The notes beneath the pieces were generated by a model. The model made no database searches and had not been told where the DNA came from. It saw only the letters and a list, made by a program, of their open reading frames with translations. DNA of 62,984 bases, the filler included, from Octopus bimaculoides (lineage: Eukaryota), in assembly GCF_001194135.2 (NCBI RefSeq). It is 7 parts of 7 records of this genome, joined end to end, with 100 filler letters (N's around TTAATTAATTAA, not from the genome) between each part and the next. Parts side by side here need not be neighbours in the genome. Positions count along the whole stretch, not along the records: positions 17,192 to 36,790 come from NC_068983.1; positions 36,891 to 42,585 come from NC_069000.1; 5 more parts are not named here. One strand, given 5' to 3'. Both the position numbers and the translations under genes were made by a program. Shown one piece after another: positions 24,713 through 37,999 of the stretch (its first letter is position 1; each line of letters starts with the position of its first letter).

Positions 24713-27700
24713 GCGTGTGTGTGTATGTGTGTGAGTAAATACACATAAAGATATACACGACGCATATCAAGAGAGGAAGTGTTGGGTTTCCTGACTAGAT
24801 TAGACGACGGCTGAAGTTAACCTCATTATTTTGAGAACTTGAAAACCAGCATATTTTTGGGAAATATTTCAAAGAAATATTTGTTGTTGCTGTTACTAAT
24901 GTAGATTTTCTTATGACAATGTTGTTATTTCTGTGACTATTTTTGGTGTTTCCGACGGGTCTTGCATCCGACGTTAGTTGTGACTGAATACGAGTATTCT
25001 GTCGAATGACTGAGTGACAGCCTGTCGATGTATGACTCTAGAAATATCATAGAAACATCTAGATTTGGGCCTAGAAGGTTTATTAACGGACAAGCTGTGT
25101 AACCGTTTTATATCGTTTTTTTTTTCAGTACTGTTTAGTTACTTTTGTCGATGTCTTTGTGGCACAGAATTGAATGAAATAATGTGGAGTTGATTGAGGT
25201 TGGAACCCGGCTATTAAGATAATAATAATGATTGGGGTACAGTAGTTAGTGATATCCTGCTCTTATTCGTTATGTATCCCACACTGTTAGTATTTCTTTA
25301 AGCACGGGTGACCATCGATTCGCTTGTTCTTGTTTGTATTATGTGATTGTTTAATTACATGTATTAAAGTAGAGGATCATTTCTGATTAGTGTTATAACT
25401 GTTTCTAGGTGTTGTAGAAGTGAAACTCATACAAATGCTGTGAGTCACAAATTTTGGTAATCTTTCTTGAAGAAAAACACAAAAATATTCTGCAAAATCC
25501 CTGTCTTCTCCAGAACCAGAACCGACTCTATGTAACTACTGGAGATCTACAAAACTCAATTGGCTCCTGTTCCATATCGGCAACGGTGCCGCTAAAGAAT
25601 ATAATCGTATGCTGTACACACGATTATATTATGTGGAAAGGAAGTCACACAGCTAATAGGATTGGCAGGAGCCACACAAAATCCTCTTCCACTAATGGTT
25701 GTCTACTCATTTTCACTCATGAACCTCGTTACAACAGCTTCTATTTTAAGAACCTATCTACTTCCCACATCATTTTCTCGCAAGGGGATGCGGTACACCG
25801 GCCTTTCCTATTCTTCTCACCAATTTAGTACCTACATCCCCAGTCCCAGCATTTAATACCATATTCATTCCCTATTCCCAGGATGTCGTCAAGCTTCTGA
25901 GATGTTTTATCCACCTACATTTCCCTGCAATCTACAACCTTTTTAACGTGATTTTTAATGCCATCCTCCCTACCAATCCCCTTTGATATAGTTTGTTCCA
26001 GCAATCAGTGTGGAAGTAAATGATCCTGTTTTTGTTGTATTTATTAATTACAAAAAAAATTCCGTGCTGATTACGAGCGACCTGGTTTAGTTTTGAAACT
26101 GCTTTCAGTATTGTGGTTGGTTGAAGAAGCTAGATTTCTGAAGTGCAAATCATATTTGGTATAGAGATGTAGATATATTGGTGTGGATGTCTACAATGTT
26201 TAGGAGACAAAGGAAGTTGATTGTGACGTAAAGTGAAATGTAGCTGTGCGTCATTTCTATTTTGTAACATATGAGATTCACGTGAGTTTTTGTGAGTGAA
26301 TGTCTGTGTGGTGAGGTAGTCGCTTATAGAGCATTTCTGATATGTATACGTATACCGTGATGGTGTTCAATATTCGTATAAATGCATACACTCTCAAACC
26401 TTATTTTCCTGTTCTTTTGGCATTGAGGAAAAGTCATCATCCATGGCGTTCGGAAGCCTGCAAGGTCGTTGCATTAGATACTGTTAGCGCTTCTATTGAG
26501 AAGTTGGACGTTAACGCCTGCTTTTATAACGTCCAGAAAGGGATTTCTAGACGACAGATGATACGGGGAGAAAGGATTTGGCAGAGTGGTTAGTGGCGAG
26601 TGTGGGAAATACCAAATATCGGTGAAAGAAGAGGGCAACGAAAACTAGCCACCGCTGCTACCATGGGCTGTGTTGGTTCAATACCAGTCCTCTGACAAAA
26701 AGAGATCACTTACAACAATAAAATTTGTAAAATATCGAGAAATGAGACGACAAGTCTGTGAACCAAGGGTCGATATATATTGGTGAATGATTGCATGTCA
26801 TGTAATCTCTCTGTGGTTAGTGACCCGGCTGTCATTAAGTGCAGCAACATTGTCCCATGTGTGGTCTCTGTGTTCTATTGTTTGACTTGAGATTTGTCGT
26901 GAATTAGTAGGTATTACAAGATTGAGTATTCCCTGACGTCGACGACGATCAACCCCACTGTTTGGAGTTTAGATTTGCAGTGTCACTTTATAATCAAAAT
27001 GTCTTAGCTCGTGTCAGCTGGGTCGGACATAAATATGAACACAATGCATTGAAACTATCATCCCGTCTTTTGTTTTCTAAAATAGACAAACTATATTATC
27101 GAATATATTCATTACTTCAGAGGATAGAGTTTAGTTTCAGGTATATTTGGTTGCTATTTCCACAAGTCTAGTGGCAGATTGATGGCTGCTTTGTTGGTTT
27201 ACAAAGTAGAAATGGTGATGAGCTGTCATCAGTTTCATTTTATAAAATGGTTTCAAATATCCAGGTTTTGAATGCTACAATATTTTCTTGATGGTTGGTT
27301 TTATTCTGTGTAAGTGACTCGTGAGTTCAGTGTAGATTTATTTAGTATTGTAATTATAGCTATACTGTTTGACTAACAGACATTTTCTGTAATCAAATAT
27401 TTAATTGCATTAAACTGTTTATTTGAGCCATTTGTATTTAGTGTCAGAATTCAGTGGCGTCCTTCTCCTTCTGTATTTCTGTGGTGTTCTAGTTTTTCTT
27501 TTTAATATTTCACTTGGATTCGTTGGTGTCATTCTTGTAGTGTTTAAGTGGATGATATTGTTGCTGTTGCTGTTGAGTGATCAATTATGTCTGTCCTAGA
27601 ATTTCCAGTCCGAATGGCCCAACTTTTTAAATATTATCTTGCATTATATTATTGAACATATCTTTCCCTTTTAAATATAGTAGCATGTGATTTGAGAGTC

Positions 27701-29161
27701 ATTTAGCTGCTATTTTAGTATATCAAAGACATCCATAAAACCTATATCTTCAATTCGTCATTTTGCTACATTTAAAATGTGTAGCAAGTTCACAGTTGTA
27801 ACTGGAGACATCTATAAGACTAATAGAGTTACAATGTTAGATCTTGTGCTACGCCATTTACGAAATGTTTACCTTATCTCTTGTCTGCCTGTGTGTGTGT
27901 GTTTATGTGTGTGCGTGTGTGTTTATGTGTGTGTATTTTATATCTATGGCGTTTTCTTCCTGCATTTGATCGTGAATAATGGGCGGAGTTAACGCCCTGA
28001 CTTTCTACGTCACCTCCTGTCTATTTACGAGTCGATATTTTCGCGCTTGCCCAGATTTACTTTCTCACATATTGTGTCAGGAATTAAATTTTCCAATATG
28101 ATTTTCCTGTTTTTAGGAATACATGCTGTAGCTTAACGAAAAATTATCTTGGAATAATTGTCAGTTCGAAAGGACAAGACGTTGTTGCTGTGTTCAACAT
28201 CCAGTTGTGTGTTATTGATGACATTTAAAACATGGAAATATAAAAGTGGGGTTGACCAGAAACAAAAGAACGTTGACATAATGCTTTGCAGTATTCACTT
28301 AATATATTTTAATTATTTATTCAACCACCACCAAAATTATGTTAGATTTCTGTCCTTTCGTTGTTGATACATTAATGTACCAGTCATATAAACCGTACAT
28401 TTAATCGAGCAGACCCTCACTCATGCCTTTCGTAGAAATTAATATTGCATGCTCTCCTTTTCTTCTAAATGTCAGGAAGTAACCAAAATGTTAAACCCAT
28501 TTGTAGAAGCATGCACACACTGATATGTAAAGAACTAGAGATAGATAGATAGATAGATAGATAGGTAGATAGATAGATAGATAGATAGATAAGTAGGAGA
28601 CAGACAGGCAGATAAACAGACAGACGGACATACAGATAGATAGATAGATAGATAGAGAAAGAGAGAGAGAGAAAGAGAGTGATATATACGTGTGTACATA
28701 TATAATTGTATAGTTATTTCTGAACACAAAAGCCTAAAGCGTTGGCTTCAGAGGGGCTGTGAGCAGAACCTCAATGAGGACATAGTCTTGGATATTTGTG
28801 AAACGTGTGACCGTGTTGAGATACGCATCCTTTCCATGGATGCGTATCTCAACCATCTGAAGTCCCATGAATTATCAACTGTATGGAATGTTCATCCGCC
28901 TATATTCGATGTGTGTAGTGTGAGAAAGGGCTTGCTCGTCGATTTCGAATCTGGGGAAACATATAGGGGCTCACTGGGATCCGATCGATCCGGTGTTACT
29001 TTCGCCTGTCCCCTATGCTTCACACCATAGAGGTAAGAAGAGGGACGCAATGATTATATGAGAGGACATAATCGGTATGTCAGAAATGCCATTGCCATCG
29101 AGGAAGCACAGCGAGACAGTAATCATCTGTGGAGACGGATCAATCACCACACACACACACG

Positions 29162-29263
<102 letters not shown>

Positions 29264-29329
29264 CACATACATATGTTCATACATATAAATGTATATTATG
29301 AAATACTTGCATACATCACACCGCCCCGC

Positions 29330-29720
29330 ACACACTAGCACTGACCACTTCCCAGCACTCACACCATCATCCACACACCTACACATGCACACGTCAAGGT
29401 TACCAGCCTCCTTCTACGCGCACATACACTCTTTCACATACACATGCACGCGCACCTTCGTTTTGGGATCACGACCTCTTTATTATCTCCCCTTCTTCCT
29501 AGCTCTCCTGTGTGACCCCTCTGTCCGGCATTCGCTATGATTGATCACTATCCACTAAAGCTTTTTTCTGTTTTCTCTCCCTGTTTACTTCTGTGTTCCT
29601 TTCTGTAGAACAGCGTAGGCTCGAGATGTATAAGAATTTCTAACTTCCCGAGCGTTAAACTAATACATGTGTTTGTTGTTTACTCACCCGTCTTCGTCTT
29701 GTTTTTTTTAAATTCTCACC
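29330..29720 (+). mobile_element. Penelope-derived-type dispersed repeat with a decayed hammerhead-like motif
   Basis: Same family as 42710-43055 (TAGCTCTCCTGTG...CTATGATTGA...CTTTCTGT.GAA.AGCG..GCTCG...CCCGAGCGT.A.ACTAATACAT). Confidence 0.65.
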
Positions 29721-29731
29721 ATATACACATA

Positions 29732-29787
<56 letters not shown>

Positions 29788-30185
29788 GTGTATGTCAGTT
29801 AAACGCATCTGAAATCTGGTGAGTACAGATTTTACTAAAATACCATAATAAAAAGCGCAGATTTTCTTAAAATACCATAATAAAAAACGTGAACTTTATT
29901 CCTAACTTTATTCAACTGATATATATATATATNNNNNNNNNNNNNNNNNNNNNNNNNNNNNNNNNNNNNNNNNNNNNNNNNNNNNNNNNNNNNNNNNNNN
30001 NNNNNNNNNNNNNNNNNNNNNNNNNNNNNNNNNNNNNNNNNNNNNNNNNNNNNNNNNNNNNNNNNNNNNNNNNNNNNNNNNNNNNNNNNNTTCAAATGTG
30101 TTTAACTGATATATGTATGTATGTATATGTATGTGTATGTATGTATGTATATATATATGTATGTGTGTATGCGTATGTATATATG

Positions 30186-30259
<74 letters not shown>

Positions 30260-32854
30260 TGTGTACGCAGAGTGAGAGAGAAAGAGCGTGAAAGTGAGAG
30301 AGAGAGGGAGAGAGAGATTTCATTATACAAATAGGTATAGTTTTAATCGGCAGACATAGTAAAGGGATTCAAAGGCCGAAAGTTTCGTTCAAAGCATTAA
30401 TTAATTCGTTTGACTGACAAATGGTCTTCACGGAATTCTCGTCCGTTAATTCACTTTGTAATTTCTGAGGAATATAAATGAATATATGTGCGCGGCTGTG
30501 TGTATCACCATTTAATATATAATTTTCGTACCTAATGTTAAGCATTCCGAAGGTGAAATATATTGATTTTTTGTTTTACGTCAGGGGGATAAATGCTCAC
30601 TTTGTTTTGTTTGATGACGAAATGCAAAGAATAGAATAAAATTTTTAAAGGATTGTGAAAGAAATGTTTTAGGGAAATCACTCGCAAGGATTTGGTAAGT
30701 GAAGCATATTCGGATTTAACGCCGAACTGTTTAAAATAATCTCTGTAGAACTATATTTGAATTCATTTCATGTCCTTAAGGAAAAAATCTTATAATTGGT
30801 AATATTTTGAAGCGACATTCTAAAGTGCATGTATGTGTATTAATTAACTTCTTACAATGGAAGCATTGGTTCAAATTTGACACTTCAATAAAATTTGTTT
30901 TACATCTTTTGACATCTTGTGAGAGTGCAACTGTTATTTTCTGCAGAAGTTGCTAGTAAATTAAAGCGTTACAGCTCAATCTGTTTGAATTAATATTGTT
31001 TATTTGTTCATCTGAAGAAATAACTTCCTTTCAGAATTACCACGTGAAAATTTAATTCATTTACATAATAATCCTAACACATCTGTTGGGCAATTTCTAA
31101 ATTCTAATCACACATTTCCGAATGAGGTGCATTGCAATTTAATCAATCAGTAAAATATTGTTTTATTCAGCTGAAGCGACAATATTGGCTTTGAAAATCT
31201 TTCTTTTAATGCGATTTTTTTAAAACTTCAGGATATGAAATGCCTATATTAAATTCTTGGACTGCATTAAATTAGCGGTTCTTATAAAGATTAGAAAATA
31301 CTTTGAAATTTAGAAAGAGTCTGTGTTTTACAAAATGATTAATCAGTACTCTCACTCCAGTCACTGCTCAATCTGAATATATCCGACTCTAAATGTGATA
31401 AAGAAGGAAGCAAAATAAGATAAGACGCCAACATTCCCCATTATTTTGCTAGAAGCTCCATCTGTCGTGAACCACTGCCAAATGTATGGGATATTTGATA
31501 ACATCACTGAATTGTCTGTTTGTCTGCCAGTAATCACTGTTGATACATTCATCTGCTGACAAATGCCTTGTCCTTAACATTGTCACCAAACCCCTTCCTT
31601 TTATGGCAACAACAGTGTTGAGACCAAGGCTTGCTTCTACAATGCAAAGAGACGCCTGTATCGATGTTTGTCGGGTCCAACTAGAAGCTTTTCCTCAGTG
31701 CTCAAGTTCGAATTCAAAACAAAAGACGAAGGTCAGTCACTCCAGGTTATTGTCTGTGACACTTTGAAAAGTTCCGTCATCAATCTATACCTTTAAATGA
31801 TATTTTATTTATCGACCCCGGAAGACTGGAAAACAAGGGTAATCTCCACGGTATTTGAACTCAAAGCACGAACTCAAAAGCATAAATCCGCCAAAAATTG
31901 TACCCGATGCTTCAACTATTGTGAAAGAACTGGAAACATTTTGATAAGTCTTCTACCGTCCGTGTCTGCCTGAGAACAAAAATGATGTTTTCTGTTATCT
32001 TTCACGATAATCGTTAGTTTAGTTCGATAATTGACTTAGGTTGTCTTTCTTGCTCAAGACTCACATAATTGCTATCTATTTCTATAAGTTGAATATCACT
32101 GTCGATACAGAGTTAAAGTTGAAGTGTTTGCTATTGATAGAGAAGAATTTCGAAAAAACACGAAAAGAAAGTGAGAAAAGGAAGATCGACGAGAATGTTG
32201 TTGGGATAAGGCTTTTGATATTTGAAAAGTTGTTTTCCGTCATTACACAATGCGACAATCAACCTTGATTTCAACTTCTCCATTATTGCATGTAAAGCAC
32301 AATAGCCTATGAGGGATAGTTTACCTCATGTTCGTTTCTATTTGAAATATCATTAAGTACTTTTGCATTTAGAAGGTTCTGGGGATGTATATTTGTTGCA
32401 GCAACACGAACTAAATAACTTCATATCTGACATTAACGGAGAACAACTTCTAAATGAGACTCCATTAGATAATGCTAGAAAAAGAAATAAAAATCTGGCA
32501 ATGCAAAAGCAAAAGATATTTGTAGACTGAATAATATAAAGAAAGAAAAAAAAAGTGTAAAAAATACTGAACATCACAATTTTCCAAACAGAATCAATGT
32601 ACACAGTATCGAAAAAGTCCAATGACTGCCCAACTTCACAAATAATTGTATTATCTTTACAGTTGGTATAAAGATGTTATGAATATGAATGAAGGAAGAT
32701 TAAAAAGACGTCGCTAATGCTATGAGGTGAAGCAGTTCTTTTGGCAGTCATTGGAGCCGCTTTCAATTTCAGTTGAGGGAAATATCTTCTGCGTAGCCAT
32801 GAAATAAGGAATATCTTTGAACTGAAATTTCAATATATATATATATATATATAC

Positions 32855-32894
<40 letters not shown>

Positions 32895-32896
<2 letters not shown>

Positions 32897-33050
32897 AATA
32901 AAATGAGACAACAAAGCCAAAGCTGTGTGGAATTTTCAGGACATTTATAAAGAGAAAGTTAGTTTTACAGCAGTTTCTGGGATATTAGGGATGTCCCTAC
33001 ATCAGAGACAACGTGAGATGGTTAAATAGAGGGAAATAGTAGAGTTATAA
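32895..33050 (-). mobile_element. Penelope-type terminal repeat fragment with decayed hammerhead
   Basis: Minus strand GTCT-CTGATGT-AGGGACAT...ATATCCC-AGAAA-CTGCTG-TA. Confidence 0.55.
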
Positions 33051-33239
33051 GGGGCTGTTTAGAAAAAGGATGGAAATAAGAAGTATAAAGGGAAATAGAA
33101 TAAGAGTAAAAATAAAAATATGTGTAAGATAAGATGTTATAGTTGCAGTTCCATTATATATATATATATATATAAATATATATATATAAATATATGTCCC
33201 TGTGTGTGTATGTATGTATACATATATGGTAAAGGAAAG

Positions 33240-34480
33240 ACGGAAAATGGAATATACGAGAATTTATTATTAATCACGACAATTGTTTCGATACATTTAG
33301 CATCGATACCTCGCGGGTGGGACACTCAACAACTGGTTCAGGAGCATCCAGCAGTGCAGAAGCGTCTCATCGGGTGATAAATAGGTACAACTCGTTAAAA
33401 TATCAGTTCTGCAATGAATCTTCTCATTTCGTAGAAAGGAAAGCAGTAAAACGAGGGAAATATTTTCATTTACAAAGAAGATCAAAAATAAAGTCACAGA
33501 TGCAATAAAGAAACGAACACGGAATACAGGGAGAAAAGTATTTAAAATAACCGTTAACAAATATGGATGTATAAAACACCCCCATGCAAGTTGCGTGTCG
33601 AGTGCACACTCTCTCAAAGAAGCGTCCGCGAAATGTAAAGATACGTACCCGTGTGGTTTCGTGCACTCACAATCACAAAGCGTCTCAAGTCGCTACTTTG
33701 TGTTCATAAGAATGGGGAGGTTAAAACTAAACTTAATTCATCCATACTGTCAAATAAATTCTAACAGTTATTCAAATTCATTCCCACTGCATTGTGCGAA
33801 AGTACATTTATGTGCGTGCAGGCATCTTGCGAATCTTTCAGAGATTCTATTAATGATCACTTCTCATTAGTCCACAGAATAGACAGGGATTCCTTGGGGC
33901 AGAATCATCATCTCCTGGAAACTATATTGTATGTTTTCGCGGGCGTTACTATGGACCAAGTTATGTTGTACTTAATTTTGTCTTCCTTCAGTCGCCATAC
34001 AAAATCGGCGAAAGATGTTGAATGTCTCTTATTGATTTTCTTGAATCTAGCAACATGACGCCCCCACTCACTTAGGTGAACGGTACATTTATAGTTATGA
34101 TTTGTACTCATACAGAGGTTCATTAATTGACACTTTGATTTTTCTCTGCCTGAGCATTTATCATTCTTATTTGTATATACATAGCAGTTCTGACTTCATT
34201 TTCATACATTGTTACCGAGTTAGCTATATCATAAGCATTTCTACTATTACAATTTGGCCGTAATTGGTGCTTTACATTGCAGTTTACATCTCCTTTGTTG
34301 CTATTTAGATGAGCTTGTATGTGTCTGTGTGCATGCGACAGACTTCAGCCACGTTCCTGCTGTATTCTTGGAATATGCTTTTGTTTGTAAAATTACGTTT
34401 CGTCTGATGATTTTGGTTTTTTGGAATGGAGTAGTGTTCTCATTCTTTTGTTAAAAAGATGCGTAAGAAACACCTGAAGT
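33240..34480 (-). mobile_element. Penelope-like element B: degenerate endonuclease C-terminus plus terminal repeat
   Basis: KRHSTSFADFVWRLKEDKIKYNITWSIVTPAKTYNIVSRR*FCPKESL resembles the PLE endonuclease tail (HSTxLSxYxWxLK...xxWxIxxxAxxY...RCxLCLxEK). The terminal repeat is also found at 10520-10632. Confidence 0.7.
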
Positions 34481-34539
34481 GAGGTGACAATTTTCCAGTG
34501 TCTGTTATTATTCATTTGATTTTAATACACCAAAGGAAT

Positions 34540-36420
34540 TTACGACTTGTCGGGCACCCTAGAATAAACCAACAACGTGAAATACAACATAACGCATGCT
34601 TCGGAGTAGCCCCTAGGCGCTAAATACTCAGTTGGTTTTGTCTGAGTACGCAACCGGAATATCCTATATGATAGTGTGCGTTTTTGTAGGATTAAATTCA
34701 TTCTGTGGAACGTTTTTAGTAGAGGAAAGTTCTGGAGGATGATGTCGAAGGCTTCATTGTTAAGGGGGTTGTGTGTGGAGAAATACAGTCGGGCTTTTGG
34801 TTGTAAATGCTTCCTTAGTCTGGGATGTCTGAGTTCGTGGATGTTGAAGTGTTGAAAGCCTATATCAATTAGTGATGGTGGATAGTTCCCGGTGATGAGT
34901 GTATCCTTTAGTTCATGTAGTTGTGAGTCCCTAGTGTTTGTATTAGGAACTATAGTGCAAATCCTTTTTGCTAGGTTGAAGGGGATATTCCTTCTAGGCT
35001 GGCATAAGTTGAACGGTGGATGTTGCTTGGAGTCCGTGGGTTTATAGTATGTATCTGTTTCTATTTTGCTGTTGATTTTCTTCATGAATATATCAAGGAA
35101 TGGAAGTTGTTGATGGTTACATTCCATCGTTAATTGAATGTTTGCGTCAAGTCCATTTATAAGTGCTCGAAATTCTTTAAGTCTCTCTATACTTTCATGC
35201 CAAAGAATTAAGCAGTCATCCAGATGCCTCTTCCAGTTTTTTTCTATGTAGAGGGAGAATGGGTTGCCGTATTTTTCTAGTACCTTACGATAAAGACCGA
35301 TTTCTTGATATCCTATGACTAGGTTAGCAAAGGAGGGGGGGGCATTCTCATACCCATCGCAGACCCGGACTTTAGTCAATCGAAGTTGTCTTTGAAGACA
35401 AAGCAGTTAATTCTCCAATATGAATTTTAACCCGTCTATTACGACTTCTTTCTTGATGCGATGTGGAAGTTCATTGGAGTAATTCTCTAGCCAGAATTCA
35501 ATTTGCCTCTATTCCTAAGCTGTGGGGGATATTGGAATAGAGGTTGACGACCTCAAAGGATACTAGTAAGGGGTTTTATTCATTGTTTTAGGAAGGTGAT
35601 TGAACATACCTATCCAGATCGTCCCTTGCGTAAATTTTGTTATGCTTGAGGAATGGTTTTAAGAGTGTATCTAAAAAGTTACTGAGGCGGTGCGTTTCGC
35701 ATGCGGGACCTGCTATTATAGGTCTTACTTTGAGGTCATTCGGAGTAGGAACCTTGTTTATTGTGTATGTGGTTCTCCTGTATGCGTTACTTATTCTCTG
35801 GCTTTTGTGTATCTTTGGAATACCGTAGAATCGACTGAATTTCCTTTTGAATTTAGTCATTTAATCGTATTCCATGTCGGCGAGCCCTTTTTTGTATAGG
35901 TTTAACATAGATTTTGGGTTTCTCGTTATTTGCTGTTGATTGTAGTGTCGGACTTTTTCATAATGTTTTGTGCCTTCTAATATGGAGAGTACCAGAGTTA
36001 TACAGTATACCGTGTCCAGTAAGACAACTGCATTCCCTTTATCAGACTCTATTTCTTTTATCATCCTTTAATTTGTTCAGATCACCCTATTTTTTTGGCT
36101 GAAGTTTGGCTTGTGTTTTTGCTTGTGTATATGTTGATATGGGTAATTTGTGATGTATTCACAGAAATGGTCAAGAATTTTGTTCTTATATTTTGAAAGG
36201 GTATACTTACTTCTATTTCGCACTAACGATTCGTCCTCGTTGTATTTGTCGAATAATTCCTCGGCGAGTCGTAATTTTGTACAGAATTCCGCGATGTCTT
36301 CTTTCATTTTGTTGCAGTTGGGGCGTTGGTGGAGGGTGTAAATTTGAGCCCCTTGGAGAGTAAGTTGATTTGGTTTGATGTTAGTTCTTTGTGAGTTAGA
36401 TTGATAATTTTTATCACATT
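34540..36420 (-). mobile_element. Penelope-like element A, decayed reverse transcriptase
   Basis: IINLTHKELTSNQINLLSKGLKFTP; DKGNAVVLLD; FYGIPKIHK; RPIIAGPACETHRLSNFLDTLLKP; GSAMG; WKRHLDDCLILW; QLPFLDI; YYKPTDS; NIPFNLAKRICTIV. Multiple frameshifts and stops. Confidence 0.92.
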
Positions 36421-36790
36421 TAGCTTCTCCTGTCTGGTGCTATCTCGCATCCCTGTGTTTGCGTACTGGGTCTAAAAACTGATTGGGGTGATTGCGACGG
36501 AAGCTGTTATGCAGATGTCTCCTGTTGTTGTGATTTATGGTTGGGGTTCTTGAAAACTGTGTCCCTATATCCCATGTTCGGATGGGGTGCTTTAAGGGGC
36601 CGTCATTGGTAATTACTAGGTTAATATAAAGATATTCACCTGTTAAAAAAAAAAAACAGCCTGCTGGGTGTTAACAACTATGTAGAAAACGAATATAACA
36701 AAAAAAAAAGTTGCGCCAAAGAACCTGGTGGGGTAGAGAGAAGACTTTCAGAAAATTCACAAGATCCGATTTTTCCGTCATAACATTCAG

Positions 36791-36890
36791 NNNNNNNNNN
36801 NNNNNNNNNNNNNNNNNNNNNNNNNNNNNNNNNNTTAATTAATTAANNNNNNNNNNNNNNNNNNNNNNNNNNNNNNNNNNNNNNNNNNNN
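36791..36890. other. Scaffold-join spacer
   Basis: N44-TTAATTAATTAA-N44. Confidence 0.95.
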
Positions 36891-36939
<49 letters not shown>

Positions 36940-37505
36940 AATGCATATACATGCAAACATAACTTTATGAATATTTGTGTATATGTATACACGTAAGCAC
37001 TCATACATACACACACACACACAGCACAGCGCACGCGCACACACACATACGCACACACACAAACACACACACACATTCACGTACACAAACAAAGGTTGTT
37101 CGCGATATCCCTGTGGAATTGCTAGGTTTTAATTCCTGTTTGTTTTTTTTTTTACTCGTCCTCTTTATATTTGAATAAAAGAATTAACAAATTTCATAAA
37201 TTTCTTTCTTGATAATTTGATTTTTGTTTCTAATGAATCTTAGTTACTGAGTGATTGCCTCTTTTGGAATTACCTGCATTGCCAGAAGAAATTGCCATCC
37301 ATTCTGCATAGGAATTTCACTGAAGCCACAAATCATATAAGAAAACAGGAATCATTGGCTGCCTGCCAAATATCGTAATAACTACATTTTTTAGATTATC
37401 TACATAGAATTGTATTATCGTAATAACTGTACAATATTTTCGTATTTAGGTTCCCAAAGTGATTGAACACACACACACATAGACACATACACACAAACAC
37501 ACATA

Positions 37506-37583
<78 letters not shown>

Positions 37584-37628
37584 AATGTATATCTATATCT
37601 GTATATGTGTGTATGTGTGTGTGTGTAC

Positions 37629-37660
<32 letters not shown>

Positions 37661-37999
37661 TTGCATGCATGTCTCTCTGTATGTATATATGTATGTGTGT
37701 ATGTATGTATGTATGTACGCACAGGCATTTAAGGAAAATTTGAACTGTTCGACACTTCAACTCAAGTGTCTTTGTCACATCTGACGAAGGCAACTGACCT
37801 GAAATTTCGAAGTCACTGTCAACCTTTTCCTTATAAAATGTGATACGGTACTTGAATGTGCTAAGTGTTCCTTCAATTAATCTTCTTCGTGAATATAACT
37901 ATACATTAAAAAAGCAAATTAGTTTAAAAATAAATAAGGCTACATACATACATACATACATACATACATACATACATACATACATAAATGATATAATTG

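Noticed and set aside
31400-31660. 82-codon stop-free minus-strand frame (…RHLSADECINSDYWQTNRQF…)
   Set aside because: No recognisable domain or convincing donor; within chance expectation for a window of this size.
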